DNA of 64,000 nucleotides from the human T2T-CHM13v2.0 reference genome, Homo sapiens. The stretch lies in the NCBI RefSeq assembly GCF_009914755.1, contig NC_060929.1; one strand, written 5' to 3'. Shown piece by piece: positions 1 to 16,399 of the stretch (positions within the stretch are counted from its first letter, which is position 1; every line of letters starts with the position of its first letter). A program made the translations under genes and the position numbers. The notes below the pieces were generated by a model. The model ran no database searches. It had not been told where the DNA came from and saw nothing but the letters and a program-made list of their open reading frames with translations.

Positions 1-2738
<2,738 letters not shown>

Positions 2739-3376
2739 TAACGTTTTTCATTCATTTTACTTTTTTGTTTTTACGTTTTACATCATCTAAGATTCATTCA
2801 AACATTTTGCTCTGTTTGTATTAAAATATTGAGAAGTTTTGTGTTTCCTACATTAATAACAGTGTTTATATATCTTTTCATATAATGAATTTTTCACCCA
2901 TAATAACTGTAATTATTATTACCAAGTAAAGATATAGCAGTGCTAAGTAAGCAAAAACCTAGGAAGTTAGACAATGATAGAAAAGCAGTTACTAAATAAC
3001 TTGACAAAATACATGTAAATTATTATTATTTGGTATAAATTGCAAAGGAACAAGGATATAGAAAGATACCTTCATTTAAATCTTGATTTTGGAAAAGTTA
3101 TTCCTTAAGACGTTGCACTGGTTCTACACTTTCCCAGCTTGCCAGTGAAAAATATTAGATGTTAGATGGTTTGATTTACACAGTGCAAAATAAAGGACAA
3201 ACACTTTTACCCAGAATTAAATACAGAAGTACACCCCCAAGAGATAAGTACACGTGGTCCATGTGTCATATAGTTTTCTGTAATAAGGAAAATTTTAAAA
3301 GGTAAAGAAAAAAGAAAAGGCAGTAGAGTAGGACAAGGAGAAGGTGGAGGAGGAGCAGGAAGAAGTGAAATAGGAG

Positions 3377-4038
<662 letters not shown>

Positions 4039-4096
<58 letters not shown>
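4039..4096. repeat. (TA)29 microsatellite
   Basis: Uninterrupted TA dinucleotide run directly after the AluY poly-A. Confidence 0.97.
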
Positions 4097-4100
<4 letters not shown>

Positions 4101-4369
4101 GATGAGAATAGGATGTCCAGACTAAATAATAAAAAGCAAAGGAAGTACAAATTTGAAGATGGAATTTAATCTGATATTATTTAGAGGGCTGCTGAATGTA
4201 TAATTTAATATATTGAGAATTTTTTTTTCTATTAAGCGGTACCAACTATGCATTCTCTAGGAAGAGGAGGGACAGTAAAGTTACCGAAGAATGTGCTTTT
4301 AAAATAAAATAAAGGTGGACTGTCTTGGTCCTTACTAGATGTATATTTCTGTCAAAATTACTGATATAA

Positions 4370-4472
4370 CCATGAAGTCTCAGTTTCCATCCTGGAAAAA
4401 GGAGAATAATAATGTTCGATTTATAAACTGGGTGGGAAGTTTAAATCAGATCATATGTATAAAGTGCTTTCC
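4370..4472 (+). mobile_element. MIR fragment
   Basis: TCTCAGTTTCCATCCTGGAAAAAGGAGAATAATAAT...TGTATAAAGTGCTT resembles the MIR core. Confidence 0.65.
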
Positions 4473-5416
4473 AATCCTTCATGTTATTGTATTACCACTT
4501 CTGAGGTATGAAGTGATGACTTTTGTTAGAGCCACAGGCTTCACACTTTAGCTATTTCTAAGAAGCTGTAGTCTCTAAATACAGGCAAAGGAATTTTAAA
4601 TTCATTTCATCAAAGGAAGATGACTTTCCTGAAACCACTTTTACTATGTTCATTTATACATTTTCTTTTATGGCTCTGTTTCTTGGTACAAGTGATTCTT
4701 GGAGCATTGCCAAGTTGGTGACAATGATATGTTAAAGACAAAATAATTCCATCTCCATAGGAGAATCTATGTCGAGACTGCTAGAGTCTGAAGAAGAAGC
4801 TGTTCTTTATTTTGAGAGCAATATGCAGACTCAACATGAGCAAATGAAAGCTATGAGAATGTTCATTCTGAAAACACTTGGGATGAACAAAATGGGGCAA
4901 GTGTAAATACCCTTTTCCGTCACTTCTTGCAACACTCCTCAAGAACATTTTTTTTCTCAAGGTCAAGGTGGTGACAGCAAGAACATACTTCAGAATTTCT
5001 GCCAAATTTAGTAGCAGCTAAACTTTGGAATAATATAAAAATATGATGTTGTTTAAATGATGGCTTTGACAGAGAGAATAGAATTTATGATTTTAGAAAA
5101 ATATAGGGCAACCAGTTTCCTTTACCTCTCACTTTTGTGGTTCTACACTTTGTGAAACTCATATTTAGTTACTTTTAATCTCTTGCTTACTTTATTTTTA
5201 AACCTGATCTATAATTTGATTTTGTGCATATTGATTCTAGATAACATACAGAGTGATAGAAAAAGTAAGAGGAATTTCCAATGTTTTAAATAAGATTACA
5301 TCTTCACAGTCATTTTGAGCGATATCAAAAACTATTATGAAGGTTTATTAGAAAACCCTTTTACATTGTCTTTATAATATTAATGAAGAGAAAGAACAGT
5401 GGTTTTGTATGGGAAT

Positions 5417-5796
5417 TGTTATGGATTTAAGGTGTGTTTCCCTCCCAAAATTTATGTTGCATTTTGAAGCCCTAACTACCGATGTTATGGTATTTGGAGA
5501 TGTGGCCTTTGGGAGATAATTAAGTTCATATGAAGTCATCAGTGTGATGTTTCCATGATAGTATTGGTGTCCTTATAAGAAGAGACACAAAGGAGATTCT
5601 ATCTCTGTGTCCCCTCCATGAGATGATATAGCAAGATGGACATCTGCAAGCTAGGAAGAGAAACTTCACTAGGAACCAAAAAGGCTAGCACTTTATTTTT
5701 TTACTTCCAAGCCTCCAAAACTGTCAGAAATAAATGTCTGTTGCTTAAGCCACCCAGTCTGTCATATTTCGTTATAGCAGCCAGCTGACTAAGACA
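5417..5796 (+). mobile_element. MLT1A/MLT1A0 solo LTR (ERVL-MaLR)
   Basis: TGTTATGG start, GACTAAGACA end, AATAAA, typical GTCCTTATAAGAAGAGAC block, 5-bp TSD GGAAT/GGCAT. Confidence 0.9.
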
Positions 5797-7244
5797 GGCA
5801 TATCATAATTCTTAATTTTTTTTTTCATAAAGTGCCATGAATTACGGAAACTTTCTTTACTGGCACATTGTAATATTTAATTTCTTAACAGTGTGCAGAT
5901 GACGTCTCTCCACCCCCTCAACTTATCTCATCCAGGAGTCAAAGGAGAACAAAGGTAAAAACTTCAAGTGCCTATGGGGTATTTAAGTGGAATTTACCTT
6001 TTAAAAATGGTGATAACAAAGTCAAACAAAGTGCACCTGTGGGATGAAGTCGGCCCATGGGCCTATATGACTTTTAAGCTAGAGTCTCTTTTGAAGGGCG
6101 TAATTTTATAACATTTTATTTCTTACCCATCAGATTCAGACTTCAAAAATATATGTATTTAGAGCTTGCAAATTAAAATGTATGTATAGAGATAAATATA
6201 TATGCATGCATATGTATAAAAACATATATGTTCAATGCCCCAGAACGTAATAAAGAACATCAAAAATAGGAACTGCTTTAGTTTGAAATAGCTGTAGCAT
6301 ATGTTTTCAAAATATTCATAACAATATTTATGACCTAAAGAAATAAGCAACTAAAAACATTAAGAAATTTGACAAAATAAGTGATCACCAAGACTTCACA
6401 GGAGGAAATTTTTGAACTACATTGGAAAAAAAAAATAGAAAAATCCTCTCTTAAAGTATATAATTTTTCTTTAGTTATTTCAACAATTATTGAGGTAACT
6501 TTAACTAAATAACAGAGAAAAAACTTTGGAAATTTAAGTAATATTCTCCTGAGATATAATCTAAAATGTTTAGGAAAGCTTTTTATGTCTCTAATAATTG
6601 AAGAGTTTTGTCAATGCAAAAAAGTGACTTTACAGGCAGTTTAGCACAGACATAAGGATATATTCTAGTCTACTGAGGAAAGTCTAGTTAATATTATTGA
6701 TTTTTTCTTTAGTTTAAATTCCCTAGTCTCAATGGTCTTTTATCATGTTTATTCAGAGGCGAATAAAAGGTCAAAATTCAATTTTACTGTATATATTAGA
6801 TTATTATTTATAATCATATCCTGGAATATCAAATATCATTAGTTACCTATTTACAGTTTCAACCCAAGAAGCAAGCTTTAGAATTTTCTCCAGAGGAAAC
6901 TAAATTCCCCCTTCATTTTAGGTAGTTTCTATATTTTTAAACAGGTAAAATCGTTACTGACGGGGAAAAGCAGTAGCAGTGTTTACTGTTGTTAAGCTAT
7001 AAGTGGGTTTAAAAAACATAAATAACTTTTGATTTTTATTGCTTAATAATTACGTAGCTATTTTATTATAGAATGGGGGAGATTTATTTTATGTATATGT
7101 GCTTCCATATTCCACACAAGATGTTAATGCTATTTCTTTACAAAAATGCATTATTTAAACATTTTAAAATATTTTAGGCATTTAAACATTTCAGAGAAGC
7201 CACATGATAGATTTCTTAACTTATTTCTTCAAATCTACATGTCA

Positions 7245-7380
7245 TATTATATGTATTTATTATGTACAACATGATATTTTACAGTAAATATATATTGTGG
7301 AATGGTTGAATTTAGCTAACTAACAAATGCATTACTTCACATAGCTATCATTTTTGTGATGAGAACACTTAATGTCCACA
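7245..7380 (-). mobile_element. L1MA-type 3' end fragment
   Basis: TGTACAACATG...TTGTGGAATGG...GCATTACTTCACATAG...GTGATGAGAACACTTAA is the reverse complement of an L1MA 3' UTR end. Confidence 0.75.
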
Positions 7381-7399
7381 ACAGGTTTTGTACTCCTTT

Positions 7400-7549
7400 C
7401 TCCCTCAGCTTTATTGAGGATAAATTGTATAAATATAATTTATAATTGTATAAATTGTATAAATAAACGTGTATATTTAAGTTGTATAACAAGATGCTTT
7501 CATGTGTGTATACATTGTGAAATGGTTACCATAATCAAGCTAATTAACA
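7400..7549 (-). mobile_element. L1MA9/L1MB-type 3' end fragment with TSD
   Basis: CAGCTTTATTGAGG...TACATTGTGAAATGGTTACCATAATCAAGCTAATTAACA, flanked by AGGTTTTGTAC at 7383-7393 and 7550-7560. Confidence 0.75.
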
Positions 7550-9153
7550 AGGTTTTGTACCTTTAGTGCCTTTCATCCTTGGGTTTTGATTACTCCTTGC
7601 TTTACTACTTGAATCAGTATTGAGAACTAGATTTATGCACTGACAAAAATAGGCATGCCAACAAATACTCAAAAAATGCAGAAATTTAGTTTTACTTTTG
7701 TTATTTGTACCTTTCAACCTGAGAAACATTCATGAATTCGCATTCTTAGATTTCCCTACTCCATCCACTTACTAAATGCTAATCATTACATTGCTAATCA
7801 TTATTAAGCAATAGCTGACAGATTGATTAGATTTTATGCATCTACATAAACAAATCTCTCTCATTCTCTCTCTCTTTTTCTATCTCCTTCTATTTCTATA
7901 TATTTATGCCTTAGTTACTACTGGTAATATTTTTACTTTTCATTTTTGGTTAAATGTTACATAATCAATGAAAATAGAGAATTGTATCATAGAGAGATAG
8001 GAGCTAAAGTTGTACATTGGGTTTATACAGATATAGGAATCATAAAATATAAATATTTCTCAGTTATTTGACATTTCTCTGTGAACTTGCCTATTACGTC
8101 TATGCTTTAGAACAAAGACACCCACTTCTTTACTTTTCTAATATAAACCAGAGGCCACACATACTCCTTTTCTCTCATTAAAAATTCTTTTTTTATATGA
8201 TACTTATGATACTTCCGTAAAACTGCCACAAATACTCGTTGCCTTTCTAATATTTAGATGGACTTAATCATTGTTTTTTGTCATTTTTTTGTCAAATATA
8301 GAACATATTTGGTCAACTTCTAAGTAATTATGTTTCAAAAGTTGTATAAGTAATGTCCATGTCATATACAAATAACAAAACCTTCAAAATCAGTGGTGTT
8401 TAACTGCTCAAGAAACTATTAACTTGGTTGGATAACATGCTCTGCCTCCTGCCATTTGAAGGTCATGCTGATTTTATTGATCTGGTTTTCTATTTTTTTC
8501 CCATTAGCTTTTCCTTTAAAGGCAATTGTGCTAAATAAGTAGCAGTGTTCACTGACAGCTTTCTGCTCCATGTCACCCATGGAGATCTTTAGTTTTCTAT
8601 GGTGTTTTCATGGTTTAGGTTGCTAATGAGCTGTCTTCTTCAAGGTGATTGTCAGTTCATAATACTATGCTGATTCTGCAAAGCTGTTCCTAACCTCCTT
8701 ATGTCTTACCTTGTAAAGAATGCTAATCAGCCTTCTAGAGTATCTCCATTTCTGATATTTAAAGGACTTGTGATGATGCCCTTGGCTTATTGGGATGGAA
8801 AGTTTCCTTAGACAAACTAAGGAATGAGAATCTATCATGGTCTTCTGAATATTTTGTTGCCTTTTTGTACATGGGTATACAAAAATAATTGGATAGAATC
8901 AATCTTACTCTGCACTTTTATAAACTTTCTTAGCAAAGAAAGATAGTCAGTCTGTAAGCTATACTGATATCATACTCAAGGGATGGGTAGTTCACATAAC
9001 ATATAGTATACAACCTTATGAAAATGAAATGTTGAGTATTGCTATACGAGAATAATTTACACTTAAGACAGTCAATGTCATATCTAGTTATTAGAAATTT
9101 TTCCTATCAAAAAGATAACCCTTTAGTCATACTGGCTTAAATAACAAAGGGAA

Positions 9154-9778
9154 GGTTGGTGGGTGTGTAAATTAGCTCAACCATTGTGGAACACAATGTA
9201 GCAATTCTCAAAGACTTAAAAACAGAAATACCATTCAACCCAGCAATCTTATTAATGGGTATATACCCAAAGAAATGTAAATTGTCCTACCATAAAGACA
9301 CGTGCATGTGTATGTACATTGCAGCACTATTCACAATAGCAAAGACATGGAGTCAACCTAAATGCCCATCAATGGTAGACTGGATAAAGAAAATGTGGTA
9401 CATATACACCATGGAATACCATGCAGCCAAAAAAAGAACAAGATTATATCCTACACAGGAACATGGATGGAGCTAGAGGTCATTATCCTTAGCAAACTAA
9501 CACAGGAACAGAAAATCAAATGCTGCATGTTCTCACTTATAAGAGTGGAGCTAAATATTGAGAACACATGGACACATAGAAGGGAAAAACACACTGAGAC
9601 ATATTGGAGGGTGAAGAGTGGGAGAAGGGAGAGGATAAGGAAAAATAACTAATGGGTATTAGACTTAATACCTGAGTGATGAAATAATCTGTAAAACAAA
9701 GCCCCATGACATAAGTTTACCTATATAACAAACCTGAGCATGTAATTCTGAACTTAAAACAAAAGTGAAAAAAAAAAA
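9154..9778 (+). mobile_element. 5'-truncated L1 (L1PA13-15-like): ORF2 C-terminus, 3' UTR and poly-A
   Basis: Translation EIPFNPAILLMGIYPK...WSQPKCPSMVDWIKKMWYIYTMEY matches the L1 ORF2p C-terminus, followed by 3' UTR and an A tail. Confidence 0.95.
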
Positions 9779-9999
9779 GGCCACTGGAATTCAGTAGTGG
9801 GAATGTTGCCTTCTGGCTGTGTGCTCTTCAAAAAGAGAGTGGTCTTTAGATCTTGAAGGTGGAGTAGATGGAAGGAATTGCATGAGCAATGCTGGACTTG
9901 CTACGAATTTGCAAGGGTGACAGAATAGATACATTTTCAGAGAGAAAGTTTGCATGGAACTTGGGTTTATTCAAGGAATTATAAATAAATCCAGGGAAA

Positions 10000-10400
10000 A
10001 AATCCACCATCTCCTCTCCTCCCTGACTCCTAGAGCTACCACTTAAATCTGTGCCTTCCTTTCATATTCTCACCTGGACTATGCAACAACTTGCTAACTT
10101 CAGGTCTCAGCACAATCAGCTTAAATGTCACTATTTATGAGGGGCCTTCCCTGGTCACCCTCCCCAAACTTGGTTCCCTCCCTGTTCCTTTGTTCACTTC
10201 CATCATGGATCTTTAATTATGTTATTTAATTGATTGGAAGGGTTGGCATTGAAAAAGTGCTGTAGGGAAAGAGTAGATAGATTGGCTGGGGGAAATATAA
10301 GGACCAGAGAGGCCTGTTAAGAAGTGATGGTTTAGGTATGAAATGATGTGAACTTTGCTTATTGCTCTTGCGGCAGTGGGAATGGAACGAGAGAAGCATT
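10000..10400. mobile_element. Degraded L2 fragments, apparently in both orientations
   Basis: TCTCACCTGGACTATGCAACAAC and CAGCTTAAATGTCACT...GCCTTCCCTGGTCACCC are L2 hallmarks. The purine-rich piece ending GGCAGTGGGAATGGA fits the opposite orientation. Confidence 0.55.
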
Positions 10401-12477
10401 AAGGTTTAAAAAAGGTATTCTGTGGGGTATAGAGCACATGCTAGAATTACCAGAATTTATAGTTAATACCTCTGGTGTTTTATAGACTAAACAACTGTAT
10501 TTAAATACAAAATAAGAAGGAGAAGAAGAAAGGAAAATTAGAAATCAGAAACTGTCAAATCCAATGTTAGGGAGGTCCCGCCACAATTCCTCTGTGGGTT
10601 TTTTGACTCTATCATTGACTTGCCTCATGGAAGCTGACCAGGTCTTATAAATACCTTCAGTATTTGATTGCATAGCATAAATTGCACGTTAATCTCTGCA
10701 TTGCTCATTCCAGAGAGATGGAAAGCATGACTTAAAATTGGATTAAACTGGCTGCGATATGGATTAGTTTGCCGGAAACTACACTGAATTCCATGTAAAA
10801 TTAAGAAGGCATGGCAAATAGATGCTACAGAAGCAAACAGAAAGATTCAGCTTCAGCATGGCTGAGCCTCTGAAGAATGCGGTGGAAAGGAAATGTGATG
10901 TTTCTCAGCTTTTTCACTCCATGTCCACCTAACTCTTCAAGTCACTCTTCCATCTTCTTCATGTGATTCTGACTGTGCAGGGGAAAAAATAACTGATGTG
11001 ACTATCCATGCCTTCTGAATGACATATGCTTAAATGCCAGCTCTTTGTCTTGTGGGCTTTTGTGGAAAGCACATGTTTAAATATAAAGTATGCAGTCTTC
11101 AGGAATATAGATGTAATTTGTTGTTTTGTTGTGTTTGTTTATTTCTACTGAACCAAACACAAAGTAGTGTACACTTTGTTCTGTGTTTGATTGTCTCTGC
11201 ATATTAATTTATTCCACCTTCTTTCAATATGTGCTTAAATTGGGATCACTTTTCTTCAGAGATAATCTCCCTCTCCTTTTGTTTCTAGTTAGGAGCATCA
11301 CCAAATTGGAAACTCTTTGTTTGCAATAAGTCATCTGGCTCAGTGAGTGTGATGGATGAGGAGGGAGGAAAGACAGAGAGAAAGAGAGAGGAAGTGAACC
11401 ACACATCCAGGTTCAGATAACTTTGCTACTTGCCAAAGTTTTTATGTTCTGATATTGTTGCTCCTCTTAGTGTTCTGTGATGTTTGTCCTCAGGGAAACC
11501 CGTATTTTTTTCTCTCCAAAACATGCCAGTTGTTTGCTTATTGGTGTTCCTAGCTTCCACTGTAACAGTTAGCATTTCCAGGAGAAGGCAGTTCTTGAGT
11601 ACTTCCCTACTACTTGGGTGACCATCAGTACCTCAAACACTGTGGCTTCTGAGAGCCCTAGTTAGTCTCTTGGGCGAGGACTTCTCAGAGTACCAAACAC
11701 ATCAAAATAAGCTAATTCAAGTTAATTCCTCATGTGGTGGTGTCATATGTGCCTGTGTGACCATTTCTTAGATTTATCTCACCTTAATGTAATGTTTGCA
11801 TAAAGGAATGCTTCTGTTATTCTGCCAGTGATATCTCACTCTTTTAAAGGACTTGGATCTGGAAGGATTTATTATAGCCACTTATATATTGAATCAGCAA
11901 TTCATAAAACTGCAGAGCACATATTGGGATTGCCAAATGCAAATTAAATGTAAAGAGTACAATCAATAATATTGTAATGAAATGTTTTTATGGTGAATTT
12001 TTTGCTTTATTAGGACTTTCATGTACAAAAAATAGGTTTTCTTCAAAAAGTATTACTTGAGATGACACTATGCATGTATTTATCTTTGCATTAATTCTTT
12101 CTTCATGATGATAAGTTGAATTAAGGACAACATAAACTATGAAGCATATGCAATCATATAATAGATCTAAAATATCTGAGGAACAATAAGTTAAAAATTT
12201 TAGAGGTCATGCCTAAATTAAGACATTAAAATGAATAAATATATTTTTTGTTTTATTTTTAAATACCATTTAGCATGACACATATAAGTAACTTGTGCTT
12301 TAAATGACTATGAGCAACTGATTTGTTTTTTTAAAACATAAAATCAGTTTTATACATGTTCAGCTTTAAGTTAACAACACAGCATTAAAATAGAAACTGC
12401 CTACTTTCGCAAAGAAATATTTATAAGATATATGAAGACAAGTTTTGACAGGCATCCCCTGGGAATTCCACATTAAT

Positions 12478-12670
12478 ATACTACATTGACATATCAAGAG
12501 TTTTAATAGTATGTTTTAATAGTGTGTTTTAATAGTTTGTTATACTACTAAGCTACTACACTAGTTTTATAGTATAATATACTACATTGACATATCAAGA
12601 GTTTTAATAGTATGTTTTAATAGTATGTTTTAATAGTAGTTTTAATAATATGTTTTCTATTCTATGTTTT
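12478..12670. repeat. Local ~59-bp duplication with 13-bp subrepeat GTTTTAATAGTAT
   Basis: ATACTACATTGACATATCAAGAGTTTTAATAGTATGTTTTAATAGT occurs at 12478 and 12579. Confidence 0.9.
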
Positions 12671-13681
12671 CTATTACCATAATATAACCAATAGCCTAAC
12701 AAGAAATGATGAATACGAAATATAAACTTTAATCACAAAATTGTTTCCCTGGGGAAGACAAAATATTTTATGAATAAAAGTTCTGGGCTTGAATTATTTT
12801 CCCTTCATATACTTCTTATATTTTGGTTACACTCTTGATAGCATCTTAGAAGACAACTTGGTAGAAACTCTCTGTCAAGTCCCTTCCATTTTTCCTTGGA
12901 CTCTTAAAAATAATAATGTCAAATTTCAGGAAAAAATGTGTATTATCTGGCAAGGTAGTCTTTTATAAAAAGTTTTTTAAAAGTATAGATTTCCTACAAA
13001 ATATACAATGAATGTATGGACTTGGATTAACAAATTTAAAGTAATTTACTTTGCACATTGAAGACCATGAGTATAAAAAAGAATGGGCATTATGACACAA
13101 ATAAATGACAAATACCCTGTCAATAAGCTCACACACATACGTGTTAAAAATCCAGAGGTCTTAGTAATGTACAAGCATAGGAAAAAGTGGAATTTAAATA
13201 CAAAGGCCCAGGTTTTCATTTTGAGTTTATTTAATCTTTGAAGAATGTCACACAAATAACCAAATTCAGATCAAATGATTGGTCTCAAGTTATACCATGG
13301 GCACAATTTTTTTTTCAATAAGTTCTTTTCTCTTCATCATGGTGTAGTGTACATATATAAGGGAAAAACCTCACATAGACAAGAAAAGTTCTACAGATTC
13401 TCTAGGTGGATTTTATTGTGGCAGAAGCATATTTTTAAAAGCCAACCCCAGGCTCTCCAAAAGTTTTCCCTGAGTAAAGCATATATACAGATGCTTCAAT
13501 AATTAGAGCCAGTACTTTTTATATCTCATGATGTAGAGAAGGAATAGCAACTCCTTGAACATAGTGACACTTCATTTATTATGAATTTGATAACTTTTGA
13601 CGGATGAATGTGCGAATATTGAGATACATTTAAATAAACATTTAAGTAACTATTGAGTTACGTTTAAGTAAAATGTATTTG

Positions 13682-13983
13682 GGTCCAGGCATGATGGTTC
13701 ACACCTGTAATTCCTGAACTTTCGGAGGCTAAAGTAGGCAGATTACTTGAGGTCAGGAGTTTGAGACCAGCCTGACCAGCATGGTGAAACCCCATCTCCA
13801 CTAAAAAAAACTCACAAAATATTAGCTGGGTGTGCTGGCACACGCCTATAATCCCAGCTACCAGAGAGGCTGAGGCAGGAGAATCCCTTGAACACAGGAG
13901 GTGGAGGTTGCAGTGAGCCCAGGTAACACCACTGCACTCCAACTTGGGTGACAGAGCGAGACTCCAACTCAAAAAAAAAAAAA
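13682..13983 (+). mobile_element. AluS (Sx-like)
   Basis: Dimeric Alu with poly-A and TSD AAAATGTATT on both sides. Confidence 0.95.
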
Positions 13984-14802
13984 ATGTATTCGTTAGGGCT
14001 AATGTTAAAAAACATATACTCACTGCTGCAATGTCTAACTTTTTACTATAATATTTATTTTATTTTATAGAAACCTGATTATTTGAGTGAGTAAATTTTG
14101 CTCTGAAGTATGTAAATATCTCTATGGACTATGTTATTAACTGAATTTTGAAGCCCAAGTATTGACAGAACTGACATTACAAAGAGATGTGTGACTATAA
14201 GGCATTTCAGAGTAGCAGCTACTTAATTTGAAAACTGTCTCTCTCTTCAGACTAGAGGAGGTTTCTTGACCCTGAAAGAGACTTTTGATGAGCTTCAAAG
14301 GCTGCAATAAATGTTCTTAACCAGATATTTCTTCATATTTTGTAATATTACTGAGTAATTCAAATGAATTATTCAACTTTTCTAAATTCCAAAGTTTAAT
14401 ACTAAATTTTAGTTTTAAAACAAAATGTCTAGATAAAAATTATTTTTTTACACCTTAGTGAGTTATGAATAGATGACAGTAAGCTAATTGTTTAAATTAT
14501 TTTGGCCAATTCAAGTAGCAGGTACTTAGAACAAAAGTGGAGTATGCCTGCATCTGTGCAAATAATTATTTCTATATAAAATCAGTACATATATTATTGA
14601 TCAATAAAATTAAAATTCCCTAGACAATGTTTAATTCTTATTATTGAAATGTATAAATATTCTGAAACTTTTTAAAGGAAGTCTTCAGAGTTTTAGCCTG
14701 TGAAATTTAGTTGTTCTGTTGAGTGAATATCTATTCATGTCAGTCTTATACAAAAACATATGAAAATCACATATTAGGAAAAATTTTTCCATGGAATAGT
14801 AG

Positions 14803-15508
14803 TGAGAGCAGCAGGAGACAGACAAATGCTGAGGCAGACAGGGTTGGTCCCCAGAGAAACCCCACCTTCAACCCAAAGACAGTTTAAATCCTAGCTATAA
14901 GTCCTAAGTAAATCCATGGACCAGATTGAGAAGCTGTCTTCTGGTTTGGTATGATTTCTCCTGATTGATCCTCACCCTTCACCTGTTTTACATATGCCCA
15001 CCCTTCCCTAATTGGCTTTTTTTTACACTGTCATGCCCACCTTTGAGTGGTGCCTTTGTTGTAACTTTTTTTGCCTACTCACAACCAATCAGCACACACT
15101 CCCCTATTCTGAACCCATAAAAACCCCAGACCCAGCCACACTGGGATAGAAACCACTGACTTCCGGTGGGGGTCCATTCCTCCATCCCCTTTCTGCTGAG
15201 AGGTTTTCCCTCACTCAATAAAATTATTCTCCACTCTCCTCATCCTTCAATTGGCAGCATATCCACATTCTTCTTGGATGTGGGACGAGAACTCGGGAGC
15301 TGCCAAATGCAGGTATGAGCTATAACACAGGTGGGTTGGGGCATGCCCAGCTCAGCCACGGGCTGAGCCAGTGCACAAGTCAGGTGTGTCCCCAGCAGGC
15401 CAGGTGAACAGGCCATCTCCTGCAGCTGGTAGTGTGGCCGAGCAAGTGGGGAACATTGTTGTCCAGAGGTTCCCAATTGGCAAAATGACTGAGAAAAACC
15501 TTGCATTT
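14803..15508 (+). mobile_element. MER50-family solo LTR (ERV1)
   Basis: TGAGAGCAGCAGGAGACAGACAAAT start, CCAAT 15085, CATAAAA 15116, AATAAA 15217, perfect 4-bp TSD GTAG (14799-14802 / 15509-15512). Confidence 0.88.
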
Positions 15509-15879
15509 GTAGAAATATCCAGAGAGAGAGAGAGAGAGAGAGTTCAGATTGTAGAGATGGGGTAGAGTCTCTAATAGTGCATAATAATTCACACATGGAA
15601 AGATTTTAAAAGAGGCAATCAAGAAAGAGACAAGCAAAATATTAAGATATAGAGGCCAAGATAGAAAATAAATATATGTATCCATCAAATTACCCTGCTT
15701 CAGGCAAAGTTTGTGGAAGAGCAACACTTTAAAACTATTTTCGTAAAATACAGTTACTTTATAAACTAAAAAGGTGAACTTTTGAAAAACATTGTAGCAG
15801 ACACCAATTACTCACCACCTCAATTCAATACATGCTGTCAATATTATATTATTATTATATGAGAGATTCATTTTCTCAT

Positions 15880-16125
15880 TATAAATTAATAGTAAACAGT
15901 GAAATTTTCCTTTTAAGTCTACAAAGAAACAAGAAACATGCTTACACCATTTCTCTTTAAAAGTATACTAGATGGCACATTCAGAGCATTGAGACTGGAA
16001 GAATAATAAAATAATTAATGTATTAAAAGGAAAATTTTGGAAAGAAATAAAAAATGCATACATAACAGACAATTTAATTGTCTATAAAGAAAACTCAAGA
16101 TTGTCCCTACAGGAACTATATATTG
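15880..16125 (+). mobile_element. Old L1M ORF2 fragment
   Basis: Degenerate match to the RT region around AAACAAGAAACATGC and CAGACAATTTAATTGTCTATAAAGAAAAC (decayed FADDMIVYLEN). Confidence 0.55.
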
Positions 16126-16399
16126 TAAAAGTATATTTTAGTTTTACAATGTTTAGATTACTATCTACTCTGAAATTCTGGAAATAATTTGCATCCTATT
16201 TAACTGGATCTCCTGATCCTTTTCTCTATATTACTTAGACTTTTAAATTAAAAATTATCAGCATATATAGACATTTATTTTTAAAATCATCATTTTTCAA
16301 AACTGTTTTAATACATGTTTTAAAACTAAAAACTCCTTAAATTTTGAAAAATGACTATAAAATCATATAGAATATCTTTCTCTTAATATACTGTCCATT

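Noticed and set aside
12478-12670. Repeat-spacer-repeat pattern superficially like a CRISPR array
   Set aside because: Eukaryotic context, only two copies, no cas genes, and the spacer derives from the repeat.
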